From Actinomycetota bacterium (GTDB lineage: Bacteria; Actinomycetota; UBA4738; HRBIN12): a stretch of 64,000 nucleotides of DNA. This document shows, in pieces, positions 19,611-29,423 of this stretch (positions within the stretch are counted from its first letter, which is position 1; the number at the start of each line of letters is the position of its first letter). The translations under genes were made by a program, and so were the position numbers. The notes beneath the pieces are model-generated. The model saw only the letters and a program-made list of their open reading frames with translations. It was not told the origin of the DNA and searched no databases. The DNA lies in NCBI GenBank assembly GCA_038249195.1, contig JBBRWM010000001.1, positions 75,489 to 139,488 of the forward strand, given 5' to 3'.

Positions 19611-20453
19611 TCAGGAATGACTCGGTCCAGCACCGGATCGCTCGAGCACGCGTTGGAGTCCGTCAAGCTCATCTGTCGGGATCGCCTCTACGCCGACGTC
19701 GGAGAATAGCTCCAGCGACTCCCGGTAGATCTCCTCGTGCCGAGCCGACGGCTCACCCATCACGGCGCAGATCCTGATGATCCCCGCGCTCTGGTCAGCA
19801 TCGGAAGCGACCCATGCGACATGATCACGTTGCTTGATGACTTCCTCGGGTCTCTTCACCGAGAAGGAGAGCGGCTCCACAGCCACGGCCAGCTCAGACT
19901 TCAGGGTCCGCATGATGCCAACGTCGAGGCTGTTAGCCCCGTGTCGCACCGGGATCTGCGGGCGATCCACGATCCTCTCGCGTGGCACCCCCCAAGCGCG
20001 TAGACCTTCCATGAGTATGTTCCGCACCTTGGCGCGGCCAGGGGCAGGAGCGGGGGCCGGGAGCCCCCCGACGAATTCTCGGTAGAGCTGATCAAGCGTC
20101 TGCGAAGCCTCCACCACGAGGACGGGCCTGGGGGGGGTGAACTGCATCTGGAAGCCGAACTGCCCCGAGAGCTCCTCCAGACGATCCTTGGTCAACGCCT
20201 CCGGTAGGGTGTCAATGGCGGGTTGCCCGAAGTCCTCTGGGAAGCGCAGCCGGAAGTCCGCAAGGGCGCGCTCCGCCGCCCGCGGATCGAGGTCGGGCGC
20301 GATAGCGGCGATCTTCTTGCGGAAGGCCTTGGCGAACCGGTGATGCACATGTTGACCGCTCTCGGCGGACATCACGATCCCGACGTTGATCGCCTCGTCC
20401 CTGACCGGGTGCGGGACGAATCTCACCACCGAGTACAGGTAGAGATCGCTCAT
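19611..20453 (-). CDS. DUF3037-like protein
   Basis: N-terminus MSDLYLYSVVRFVPHPVRDEAINVGIVM matches the DUF3037 signature as I recall it (Y.Y..lR.vP...r.E.iNvG). Confidence 0.55.
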   Translation of the reverse strand: MSDLYLYSVVRFVPHPVRDEAINVGIVMSAESGQHVHHRFAKAFRKKIAAIAPDLDPRAAERALADFRLRFPEDFGQPAIDTLPEALTKDRLEELSGQFGFQMQFTPPRPVLVVEASQTLDQLYREFVGGLPAPAPAPGRAKVRNILMEGLRAWGVPRERIVDRPQIPVRHGANSLDVGIMRTLKSELAVAVEPLSFSVKRPEEVIKQRDHVAWVASDADQSAGIIRICAVMGEPSARHEEIYRESLELFSDVGVEAIPTDELDGLQRVLERSGAGPSHS

Positions 20454-20465
20454 GTCATCACTCCA

Positions 20466-21251
20466 TCAACCTCCGAGAATGGGCGTTAGCACGCCGTCGA
20501 GGGCAGCTCGCGACGTCACCAGGTATCGGCCAAGGGCATTCATCTCGTCCTCGGGAACCGCCCACTCGGCTGGCACGCCAGACACGGTCCCCAGTATGGC
20601 CAGATCGTCGACAGCGGCGACGGCCTGTAGGGCCCCGGCTAGGTCCTCTGAAGTGATGACCGTGCTCAGCGGCTCGAACGCTACGGGCGTCATCGACCCA
20701 GCCTTCCCATCTACGTCGGGTCCCCAGCTGTGATCGAAGCAGTGACCGTGGTCGTACCCGAGGATGTCCACGGCACCTCCGGGTGTGCTCTTGGAGATGA
20801 GGTGCTCGGGCTTTCCGTCCGTGTTCCGGGTCCACGTGTACAGCACGACGAGCCGAGCGAGGTCGCCGCGATTGCGCGCCGAGCGGCACGTCTCGGCGCT
20901 GGGACTGAGGACGCCTTCGATCCAGATCCGCCCGAAGGCGGCGCCAGGGGAAGCGTTGGTCAGCTCGGGAACCTCCCTCTTGACCCAATCGACAATCTCA
21001 GGGGCGATGGCGACGACATCGCCGTCGGGGACGGGGGCGCCGAACAACCGGGCCAAGCGAGCCACGACGAGTTCGTTCACGAGGATCCGATCCTGCGAAC
21101 CAGAGCTGGACTGGGGGTTCCCCCGGAGCTTTACTGTGCGCCGCACGCCGTCGTCGAAGTCCATCAGGACGGCGGCCGACCCACCCCCTCCAGCTTTCTG
21201 CAGAAACGTCGTCGCCGCGGGCCGTGTGGCCTCACCGGTTTCAGCATCCAC
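20466..21251 (-). CDS. HipA-core (CtkA/HipC-like) Ser/Thr kinase domain protein, 261 aa
   Basis: LVVLYTWTRNTDGKPEHL...GYDHGHCFD resembles the HipA C-terminal catalytic and activation motifs. No HipA N-terminal domains. Starts 15 nt after the hsdR stop. Confidence 0.55.
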   Translation of the reverse strand: MDAETGEATRPAATTFLQKAGGGGSAAVLMDFDDGVRRTVKLRGNPQSSSGSQDRILVNELVVARLARLFGAPVPDGDVVAIAPEIVDWVKREVPELTNASPGAAFGRIWIEGVLSPSAETCRSARNRGDLARLVVLYTWTRNTDGKPEHLISKSTPGGAVDILGYDHGHCFDHSWGPDVDGKAGSMTPVAFEPLSTVITSEDLAGALQAVAAVDDLAILGTVSGVPAEWAVPEDEMNALGRYLVTSRAALDGVLTPILGG

Positions 21252-21266
21252 GTCCGCAGCCCACGA

Positions 21267-24263
21267 CTACTTGCCCTGGGTCCCACGCAGGCGGTCGTAG
21301 ACCTCTTTCAGGTAGAAGCCCTTGATGGTGGCGGCGAAGTCGGGGTTGTCCATGATCTGGCGGAAGATCTCGTCGTTCGCCCCCATGCGCTCGATGATCG
21401 TGGCGTCGAAGACCTTGTCGAAGCCGAACTTGAAGTTCTCGATCGGGTTCGCGGTCGCCTGGTCGTGCAGGTCGGGGTTGGCGATCCACTCCTCCCGGAA
21501 CTGGTCGAACAGGAGCTGGTCGGCGTCCCCGAGGTTCAAGCCGAACCGTTCGTTGAGCAGGTCCACGATCGTGGAGAGGTGCTCGGACTCGGGCTCGTGC
21601 TGCTTGCCCACTCCCCCGCCGGTGACTGCCGGTGGCAGCTCGCCGCCTTCCCCGAGACCCAGCGAGATGTCGCCTTCGAAGGTCTTTTCCGTCCGCAGGT
21701 GCGTGAGCTCGACGTCCGAGCCGAGGTCGAGGCCTCCCTCACCCCGCCGAGGCAGGCGTGAACGGAGCGCCTTCGTGTAGACGTAGGTCTTCTCCAGGCT
21801 CGGGTCGGTCACCTGCACAATCTGGCCGAGGAACGAGTAGAGGTTGACGAACCGCTTGAGGATGTCCCGGTACTCGCGCTCCGCTTCCTCGTCGACGATC
21901 TTGAAGCGGTCCACCGCAGGGTCCAGGAACGCGTAGAGCTTGCCGTGATCGAGCGACGAAGCGTCTGACGAGAAGAACACCTGCGCGAACGCCTCGATCT
22001 CGTCCTCGCGGAGCACGTCGTACTCCCAGAGCCGATCGCGCGCATCCCAAAGCGCGTTCGGGTCGGTCGGCTCGGTGATCGTCGTCTCGTAGAACGGCGT
22101 GAACGCCTTCTGGATCTCTTCGGCGTCGTTCCTAAAGTCCAGGACGAAGGTGTCGTCCTTCCCCGGCGCGATCCGGTTCAGCCGTGAGAGCGTCTGGACG
22201 GCCGCGACTCCTTCGAGCTTCTTGTCAACGAACATCGTGTGCAGCAGCGGCTGGTCATAGCCCGTCTGGAACTTCTCCGCGACGACCATCACCTGGTACT
22301 CATCGGTGTCGAACTCGTTTCGGGTTTGGGTGTCCGGGAAGGGGTTCATCCAGGACTCGGTGTAGTCGATGCCCTCGTCGATCACCTTGCCGGAGAACGC
22401 CACGAGGGTCTTGACGTCGGTGTAGCCCTTCTCTGCGATGTAGGCGTCCAAGGCGCGCTTGTAACGGACGGCGTGCAGCCGGGAGGCTGTCACGACCATC
22501 GCCTTCGCCCGACCGCCGATCTTCTTGGCGGTGTGGGCACGGAAGTGCTCGACGACGATCTCAGCCTTCTGGGCGAGGTTGTAGGGATGCAAGCTCACGT
22601 AGCGCGCCACGGCCGCGACCGCCTTGGCCGGATCGAACTCCGGGTCCTCGGTCACCGCCTTCTCCACCCGCCAGTAGGTGTCGTAGGTCACGTAGGTCTT
22701 CAGCACGTCGAGGATGAAGCCCTCCTCGATCGCCTGACGCATCGAATAGAGATGGAAAGGCTCGAGCTTGCCGTCAGCGTTCTTCCGGCCGAACAACTCC
22801 AGGGTCTTGGCCTTCGGTGTCGCGGTGAACGCGAAGAAACTCAGGTTCGGCTGGTGGCCCCGCGCCGCGATCTGGGCGGCGAGGCGATCCTCGGCGTCGG
22901 GGAGCACGCCGCCCGACTCGGCGGCCTCGGCCTCGCTGAGCTCATCGTCCTCGCGGCCGGCGCCGAGGACGGCCTTCAGGTCCTTGGCGGCCTCGCCGGT
23001 TTGGGAGGAGTGCGCCTCGTCGACGACGACGGCGTAGCGCCGGTCACCGAGCTCCCCAACGAGGTCCTGGACGAAAGGGAAGGTCTGGAGCGTGCACACG
23101 ACGATCAGCGCCTGATCGCTTTCGAGCGCGTGGGCGAGGTGCTCGGACTTGGTGCCCGACCCGCCGATCTTCTCGACCATCCCGTGCTTGTGCTCGAACT
23201 GATAGATCGTGTCCTGGAGCTGGTGGTCCAACACGATCCGGTCAGTTATCACGATCACCTTGTGAAAGACCTTCTCGTCGTCGGCGTCGTGCAGGGTCGC
23301 CAGGCGATGAGCTAGCCACGCGATCGTGTTGGACTTCCCCGAGCCGGCTGAATGCTCGACGAGGTAGCGGTGGCCGGGTCCTTCTGCGCGGGCGTCGGCT
23401 TCGAGCTTCAGCACGGCGTCCCACTGGTGGAAGCGGGGGAAGATGACCCGGCTCGCCTTCTTCTTCGCGACCGAGGATCCCTCAGGCGGCCGCTCCACAT
23501 GGATGAAGCGCGCGAGGATGTCCAGCCAAGGATCGCGCGCCCAGACCTGCTCCCACAGGTAGGCGGTGCGGTGGCCCGCCGGGTTGGGAGGGTTCCCGGG
23601 GCCCCCGTCACTCCCCCGGTTGAAGGGCAGGAACTGGGTCTTCGCGCCGGCAAGCTGGGTGGTCATATAGACCTCGTCGGGATCCACAGCGAAGTGGACG
23701 ACGGCGCGCTTGCCGAGCAGCGTGTCGCGCGGATCGCGATCCTCCCGGTACTGCTTCTTCGCGTGTTCCACGGTCTGGTTCGTGAGCGGGTTCTTCAGCT
23801 CAGCCGTCGCAACCGGCAGACCGTTGACGAGCAGGCAGAGGTCGAGCTCGTTCTCATGGGCGGGTGAGTAGCGGAGCTGACGGGTGACGGTGAGCCGGTT
23901 CGCCTCGAAGTTGGTGACGAGGTCTGGCGTGAGGCCGTGGGCAGGTTTGAAGTAGGCAAGGCGGATCGTCACGCCGTGGTCGGTCACTCCGTGTCGCAGG
24001 ACATCGATCGTCCCGTGTTGGTCGATCTGCTTCGCGACGCGGTCGGCGAACTTCTCGCGGGCGGCATCCTCGCCGCCATGGAGCTGGACGAGGCGCGCCC
24101 ACTCTTCCGACTGCGTGGCGGTCACGAAGTCGAACAGCTCTGCGAGGTCGAGAGCGAGGTTCTGCTCATAGTGAGCGTCGGCTCCCGATGTGTAGCCGCC
24201 ATCACCGGTGAGTGACAGCTCGATCGCGTCCTCGAAGGACACCTCTTTCGCGACTTCCGGCAT
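21267..24263 (-). CDS. hsdR: Type I restriction enzyme R subunit
   Basis: 998 aa. ResIII/helicase motifs (VEHSAGSGKSNTIAW, VVVDEAHSSQTGE) and the C-terminal HsdR domain. Confidence 0.9.
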   Translation of the reverse strand: MPEVAKEVSFEDAIELSLTGDGGYTSGADAHYEQNLALDLAELFDFVTATQSEEWARLVQLHGGEDAAREKFADRVAKQIDQHGTIDVLRHGVTDHGVTIRLAYFKPAHGLTPDLVTNFEANRLTVTRQLRYSPAHENELDLCLLVNGLPVATAELKNPLTNQTVEHAKKQYREDRDPRDTLLGKRAVVHFAVDPDEVYMTTQLAGAKTQFLPFNRGSDGGPGNPPNPAGHRTAYLWEQVWARDPWLDILARFIHVERPPEGSSVAKKKASRVIFPRFHQWDAVLKLEADARAEGPGHRYLVEHSAGSGKSNTIAWLAHRLATLHDADDEKVFHKVIVITDRIVLDHQLQDTIYQFEHKHGMVEKIGGSGTKSEHLAHALESDQALIVVCTLQTFPFVQDLVGELGDRRYAVVVDEAHSSQTGEAAKDLKAVLGAGREDDELSEAEAAESGGVLPDAEDRLAAQIAARGHQPNLSFFAFTATPKAKTLELFGRKNADGKLEPFHLYSMRQAIEEGFILDVLKTYVTYDTYWRVEKAVTEDPEFDPAKAVAAVARYVSLHPYNLAQKAEIVVEHFRAHTAKKIGGRAKAMVVTASRLHAVRYKRALDAYIAEKGYTDVKTLVAFSGKVIDEGIDYTESWMNPFPDTQTRNEFDTDEYQVMVVAEKFQTGYDQPLLHTMFVDKKLEGVAAVQTLSRLNRIAPGKDDTFVLDFRNDAEEIQKAFTPFYETTITEPTDPNALWDARDRLWEYDVLREDEIEAFAQVFFSSDASSLDHGKLYAFLDPAVDRFKIVDEEAEREYRDILKRFVNLYSFLGQIVQVTDPSLEKTYVYTKALRSRLPRRGEGGLDLGSDVELTHLRTEKTFEGDISLGLGEGGELPPAVTGGGVGKQHEPESEHLSTIVDLLNERFGLNLGDADQLLFDQFREEWIANPDLHDQATANPIENFKFGFDKVFDATIIERMGANDEIFRQIMDNPDFAATIKGFYLKEVYDRLRGTQGK

Positions 24264-25537
24264 CAGGCCACCGCTCCGGTCCTCGAGAAGTCCCCTGAAA
24301 CAGCGCGAGTGATAAGAGCCTGGCGGCGCTCCGCCAATAGCCGGATCTGGTCCTTCAGCTGCCCAACAAGCAAACGCATCCGATCCCGCTCCGCATCGAG
24401 AGTCGCTACGACTTCCTCTTGCTCTGGCGGCGATGGATAGGGGAATCGGTGCGCTCGCAACTGCTCACGTGTGAGATGAACGATCGTGCTTTGGTTGCCC
24501 TCGACAGCGAACACGTCGCGGCCAGCGGCGGCGCGGAGACAGTACATCAGGAAGCGCGTCGAACCCAGGTGGCGCGGTCGCACTCGATGAACAGCCTTCT
24601 GGAAGAAGCAGGGCTCTACCTCACCCTTCCAGATGGCGGCCCTCCCCACCTCGCCTCCCTCACAAACCAATAGGTCCCCGGGGCGGAGCTCGCATCGACG
24701 TCGATCGAGCGCGTCGAAGTGCATCGAGTCGAGTTGATCTAAATCGAGGCGATCCCACTGCACGTTGGTGTTCCTGAGATACGGATACTGTTCAACGCCG
24801 GCACTAGCCTCAGGATTCACCATCTTCCCAAGCGTCACGTCGAAGTTGGCGCTCACCCTTTGCACGCTCCAGGACGTCGGAATCTCGCCGAGCCAGTCGA
24901 GTCCGGAGTCCTTCCTGGGTCCCTTCACGAGACCGCCCGAAATCAGATGGAAGACAGATGCCTCGAAGCGCTCTTCAAGCAGGGCAGCCACGTGCTGCTT
25001 CTTGTCAGTAAGCGCGTCGATGAGTGCGGTCTCGGCATTGAGATAGTCGGCGATGGCCCGCTGCCCAGGAAGAGAATGAACGGGAACCTCAATCGCAGCG
25101 ACCGCGTCGGCCCGAAGCCCGAAGCGGGTGACTCCACTCGCGGCAACCTCCTCCTGCGATCGCACCAACGTCGAGGCCATGCACCAGTACAGGAACTTGG
25201 GGATAACTCGCGACGGATCCGGCCTGATCAATGACAGGTGGTAGCCGCAGAGGACGCGATCCATGGGCTCGTCGATGAACGCCGGGACGCCGATGTCGTC
25301 GGCGGTCTCAGAGTCCTTCGTGATCAAGATGTCCCCGGGTTCAACCTGGAACTGTCGAATCTGGTCCTGAGTGGCAGTTGCGTCCATGAACTCGAGCTCG
25401 GACGTGATGAGCGGGTTGTAGTAGACATCCGTGTAGTTGCATAGGTGGACCGCCTGCTCCCCCTCCACGCTCTTCTTGTCGACATTGCTCGGTTTGACGG
25501 TGGCGAGATACTTCAGCTTCCTCGTCGCGTAGGTCAC
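24263..25537 (-). CDS. hsdS: Type I restriction-modification specificity subunit
   Basis: 424 aa with two target-recognition-domain halves separated by conserved coiled-coil repeats (…LIDALTDKKQHVAALLEERFEA… / …LVGQLKDQIRLLAERRQALI…). Confidence 0.85.
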   Translation of the reverse strand: MTYATRKLKYLATVKPSNVDKKSVEGEQAVHLCNYTDVYYNPLITSELEFMDATATQDQIRQFQVEPGDILITKDSETADDIGVPAFIDEPMDRVLCGYHLSLIRPDPSRVIPKFLYWCMASTLVRSQEEVAASGVTRFGLRADAVAAIEVPVHSLPGQRAIADYLNAETALIDALTDKKQHVAALLEERFEASVFHLISGGLVKGPRKDSGLDWLGEIPTSWSVQRVSANFDVTLGKMVNPEASAGVEQYPYLRNTNVQWDRLDLDQLDSMHFDALDRRRCELRPGDLLVCEGGEVGRAAIWKGEVEPCFFQKAVHRVRPRHLGSTRFLMYCLRAAAGRDVFAVEGNQSTIVHLTREQLRAHRFPYPSPPEQEEVVATLDAERDRMRLLVGQLKDQIRLLAERRQALITRAVSGDFSRTGAVA

Positions 25538-27528
25538 TCCGTCACCTCGCGGAGCAACTCTTGGATCTCCGCTTCAAGCGCCTTGATCTCCGCGTCGATC
25601 TCTTCGAGCGGCCGCGGCGCAACGTACTTGTAGAAGTGCCGCGTGAGCGGGACCTCGTAACCGAGCTTCGTCTTCGAAAGGTCTACCCAGGCGTCCGGCA
25701 CGAACTGGAGCACCTCGGTGTTCATGTAGCTCTCGATCGCCGCTCGGTATGGCTCCGAAGCCAAGTGCTCCACGGGGTCCGTGTCCCAGTCGACCTCGAC
25801 GTCGGGGAGCGGGACATTCTCGCTGTCGCGGACATCTGGATCTGCTTCAGGCGCTCCCTTCTTGTTCGTTACCACCGGGGCGTCGTGGTCACGCACGCTG
25901 AGCACGTCCCATAGCGCCTTCTCGATCGGCTTCGGCATGGCGCCGAGCTTCTTCGCGACCACCGTCTTGTCGGTCTCGGCGATGCCTTCGAGCGAGGCGA
26001 TCCGTTCCAGGAGATCGGTCTGCTCCTGTTCGCTGAGTTTCGTCCACGCCTTCTCGGCCGTGAGGCGCTCGGCCGTATCCGCCGTGACCTCCCAACGGAG
26101 CCGAAGCGGCCGCTCCACCGTGATCCGCATGAAGCCGAAGGTGTGATTCGGCATGAGCTTCACACGCTCGCCCTCGGCGAGTTCGCCATAGAGGCGTGTG
26201 ATCTCGTCGATCTGCTTATCGGAGATGCGCTTGCGTTTCTCGCCCAGGCTCTTGGGCATCTTCTCCCAGTACTCGCGGGCATCGACCAGCTGGACTTTGC
26301 CGCGGCGTTCGGGCGCCTTGCGGTTCGTCACGATCCAGAAGTAGGTGGAGATGCCGGTGTTGTAGAAGAGCTGGTCAGGAAGGGCCACCACGGCCTCCAG
26401 CCAGTCGTTCTCGATGATCCAGCGCCTGATCTCCGACTCGCCCGAGCCGGCACCGCCGGTGAACAGCGGTGAGCCGTTGAAGACGATCGCGAGCCGGCTC
26501 CCGCCCTTCTCTGGCGGCTTCATCTTCGAGATCATGTGCTGGAGGAACAGGAACGAGCCGTCGTTGATCCGTGGGAGCCCGGCTCCGAACCGCCCCTTGA
26601 ACCCGAGGTCCTCGGCCTCGGCACGGACCTCGTCTTCGACCTTCTTCCACTCCACACCGAAGGGCGGGTTCGCGAGCATGTAGTCGAAGCGCCAGTCCTC
26701 GAGGCCGTCTTCGGTGAAGGAGTTCCCCCGCAAGATGTGGGAGGCGTCCTGGCCCTTCAGCATCATGTCGGAGCGGCAGATCGCGTAGGTCTCCGGGTTG
26801 AGCTCCTGGCCGAAGACCTCGAGACGAGCGGCGGGGTTCAGGGCACGCAGGTGCTCCTCGGCGAACGAGAGCATCCCCCCGGTCCCACAGGCAGGGTCGT
26901 AGAGCGTGCGGACCGCTCCGGCCTTGCGGAGCGCGTCGTCGTCCTCGATGAACAAGAGGTTCACCATGAGGTGGATAACCTCGCGCGGAGTGAAGTGCTC
27001 TCCGGCGGTCTCGTTGGACTGCTCCGAGAAGCGCCGGACGAGCTCCTCGTAGACGTAGCCCATCTCCGTGTTGTCCACCGCGTCGGGGTGCAGGTCGATC
27101 TCGAGGAACTTGCCGACCACCATGTACAGGAGGTTCGCCTTGTCCAGGCGCGCGATCTGGGTCTCGAACCCGAAGTTGTCGATGATGTCGCGGGCGTTCT
27201 GGCTGAACCCGGCGATGTAGCTCCGCAGGTTCGGCGCGATGTTCGCCGGGTCCCCGACGAGCTTGCGGAAGTCGAGTTTCGACGTGTTGAAGAACTGCTG
27301 CCCGGCCTCGTGCGCGAGCACCTTCTCGACCATCTCAGGCGCGCCCTTGGTGGTCGAGGCTTTCTTGAGGACCTTCTCCTTGGTTGGTTCCAGCACGCAG
27401 TCGAGCCGCCGGATCACAACGAGCGGCAGGATCACGCGCCCGTACTCGGACTGCTTGTAGTCACCCCGGAGCAGGTCAGCGACCGACCAGATGAAGTTGA
27501 CCTTCTCGGAGAAGTGGCTCGGTGTCAT
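25534..27528 (-). CDS. hsdM: Type I restriction-modification DNA methyltransferase subunit
   Basis: N6-adenine methylase motif NPPFGVEW. HsdM N-terminal domain. Confidence 0.9.
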   Translation of the reverse strand: MTPSHFSEKVNFIWSVADLLRGDYKQSEYGRVILPLVVIRRLDCVLEPTKEKVLKKASTTKGAPEMVEKVLAHEAGQQFFNTSKLDFRKLVGDPANIAPNLRSYIAGFSQNARDIIDNFGFETQIARLDKANLLYMVVGKFLEIDLHPDAVDNTEMGYVYEELVRRFSEQSNETAGEHFTPREVIHLMVNLLFIEDDDALRKAGAVRTLYDPACGTGGMLSFAEEHLRALNPAARLEVFGQELNPETYAICRSDMMLKGQDASHILRGNSFTEDGLEDWRFDYMLANPPFGVEWKKVEDEVRAEAEDLGFKGRFGAGLPRINDGSFLFLQHMISKMKPPEKGGSRLAIVFNGSPLFTGGAGSGESEIRRWIIENDWLEAVVALPDQLFYNTGISTYFWIVTNRKAPERRGKVQLVDAREYWEKMPKSLGEKRKRISDKQIDEITRLYGELAEGERVKLMPNHTFGFMRITVERPLRLRWEVTADTAERLTAEKAWTKLSEQEQTDLLERIASLEGIAETDKTVVAKKLGAMPKPIEKALWDVLSVRDHDAPVVTNKKGAPEADPDVRDSENVPLPDVEVDWDTDPVEHLASEPYRAAIESYMNTEVLQFVPDAWVDLSKTKLGYEVPLTRHFYKYVAPRPLEEIDAEIKALEAEIQELLREVTE

Positions 27529-27646
27529 GGGGGTTCAGGGCTCCGTGTTGTCGTCAAGGAACAATGGCCGGAGCTTATCCCAGCTCTGTCAGCCGGTCCG
27601 GCAGGGCCGTCGGCCGTCTGTCAGGGCTTCGGACTACGGTTCAGTG

Positions 27647-29386
27647 ATGAATAGCGGGAGCGCCGTGGATAAGGGAAGCCTAGCCCGGGTTCGATCCGCC
27701 CTCGCCGGCGCCTCGGCGCTTCACGAAACTTCAGCCGCCCTGCGCGCTAGCTGGACTGATCAGGAGCCGGACCCCGCCGAACCGTTCATCTGGGCGTTCG
27801 ACTACCACTACCTTGAATCCAGCCAGCGGCTCGCTCGCGGGGCTTCAGGGCCGTGGGGACCGATGCTCGAGATGGATGGCCGCATCTGGCCACCCCCGCT
27901 CCCGACTGTCGCCGACGAACACTTGGCCGCTTGGGCGGATGCGGCCGCTGCGCTGTCAGATCTTCCCCTCGGCGCAGCCAGGCTCCACGACCTGCTCTGG
28001 GAACGCCGCTGGGGCGAACGGCCGGACCTCCACGCTCGATCGGCAGTCGACGCCTACACCGCGCTGATCCCCGAGTCCGAATCGCTCGACTCGGCGCACC
28101 ACATCGCTCGCTCGATGGAACTGGCGATAGCGGTTGGCGACCGCGAGAGAGAACGCGAGGTAGTTGCGCTCAGCCTGGCGGCGGCTCGACGGTCGCTCGA
28201 AGCCTCGACCCCGGAACCCGGAGTCGCGCTGAGACATGCCGAAGCGCTTCTCACGCTCCCGCGCGAGCGGCAACCTGCCGAAGTCGACGAACTCCTGGAG
28301 GGCGCGGCCAGCATCTATGCCGACGATCCGTGGATCGTCGAGACGGTGTTGGACCTCAAGGTCGAACGATCGACGGATCCAGATGCCGTTCGCGCACTGC
28401 GATTGCAGCAGGTCAACACATGGCGAGCCGCTGCAAGCGAGGCGGCAGGCTTGGTGAAGCTCAGCCACCTCCAGCGTGCTCTCGAGCTGGCTCGATTGCA
28501 TAACCTCGGATTCCTGATTGACGAGGTCCGACTCGAGCTTCAGGCGATCTCTGAGGAAGACCTGGACCTTAAGGAACTTTCAGCCGAAGTCACCGTCCCG
28601 GCAGACGAGGTGGAGAGGTACATCGAGAGGCTCGTCGGGGGGAGCTGGCAGGAAGCGTTGACCGCCATCGGTGCGGTCGGCCCGCCAAGCGGCCAGGTCG
28701 AGAAGAACATCGCGGATATCGAGCAGCAGATGAAGGACTTTCCGCTCTCACACCTCTTCACGCGGACCCTGCTCGGACCCGACGGCATCCCGACCAAGAG
28801 CGCTATGAGTGAGGAGGAGCATAAGGCGGAGGCGTTGATCCGGCAGGAACTGTTCGGCATCCAGGTCGAGAGTCATTTCAGAGCTGAAGCCTTGGACCGT
28901 GCCAGGGAACGCTACGGGCAGCCGTCGGCGGAGGAGCTGGCCGAGTTCTTCACGACTCCGCTCATCACCGCCGAGATCGCCGAGCGCTTCGCTCGGTCGC
29001 TGGATCTGTACTGGAGCGGCCACTTCGATGAGGCCGCTCTGGTCGCCCTGCCGCGCATCGAAGCTGTCCTCCGCAATGTTGCCCGAGAAGGAGGCTTCGC
29101 GATCGTCCGAGAGCCCCAACCGACCAAACCCGGCGGTGTGAAGCCGCTCGGAGAGATCCTCCGTCTCCTGGAAGGCGGGTATCCGGAGTCGTGGCGAAGG
29201 TACTTGCTGAACGCGCTCGTGGAGCCGACAGGGTTCAATCTCAGGAACGTCCACCTTCACGGGGTGCGGGCTGCCGCCACCCGCGAAGAAGCGGCCATCT
29301 TGATACAGATCGCCTGCCATTTGCGACTCATCCGAAGCGGTCCGTCGGACGACGAGACGAGTCCACACCACCCTGCGCCGGCCTAG
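27647..29386 (+). CDS. Large hypothetical protein (579 aa), mostly alpha-helical, with a C-terminal 'RN..HG' motif (DUF4209-like?)
   Basis: GTG/ATG at 27644/27647. C-terminus ...YLLNALVEPTGFNLRNVHLHGVRAAATREEAAILIQIACHLRLI. Divergent from hsdM across a 118-bp gap. The ORF's 5' extension of 52 aa is rejected. Confidence 0.5.
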   Translation: MNSGSAVDKGSLARVRSALAGASALHETSAALRASWTDQEPDPAEPFIWAFDYHYLESSQRLARGASGPWGPMLEMDGRIWPPPLPTVADEHLAAWADAAAALSDLPLGAARLHDLLWERRWGERPDLHARSAVDAYTALIPESESLDSAHHIARSMELAIAVGDREREREVVALSLAAARRSLEASTPEPGVALRHAEALLTLPRERQPAEVDELLEGAASIYADDPWIVETVLDLKVERSTDPDAVRALRLQQVNTWRAAASEAAGLVKLSHLQRALELARLHNLGFLIDEVRLELQAISEEDLDLKELSAEVTVPADEVERYIERLVGGSWQEALTAIGAVGPPSGQVEKNIADIEQQMKDFPLSHLFTRTLLGPDGIPTKSAMSEEEHKAEALIRQELFGIQVESHFRAEALDRARERYGQPSAEELAEFFTTPLITAEIAERFARSLDLYWSGHFDEAALVALPRIEAVLRNVAREGGFAIVREPQPTKPGGVKPLGEILRLLEGGYPESWRRYLLNALVEPTGFNLRNVHLHGVRAAATREEAAILIQIACHLRLIRSGPSDDETSPHHPAPA

Positions 29387-29423
29387 GCCTAGCCCAGACG
29401 GGAATCGGCGGTGTATACGTCTC

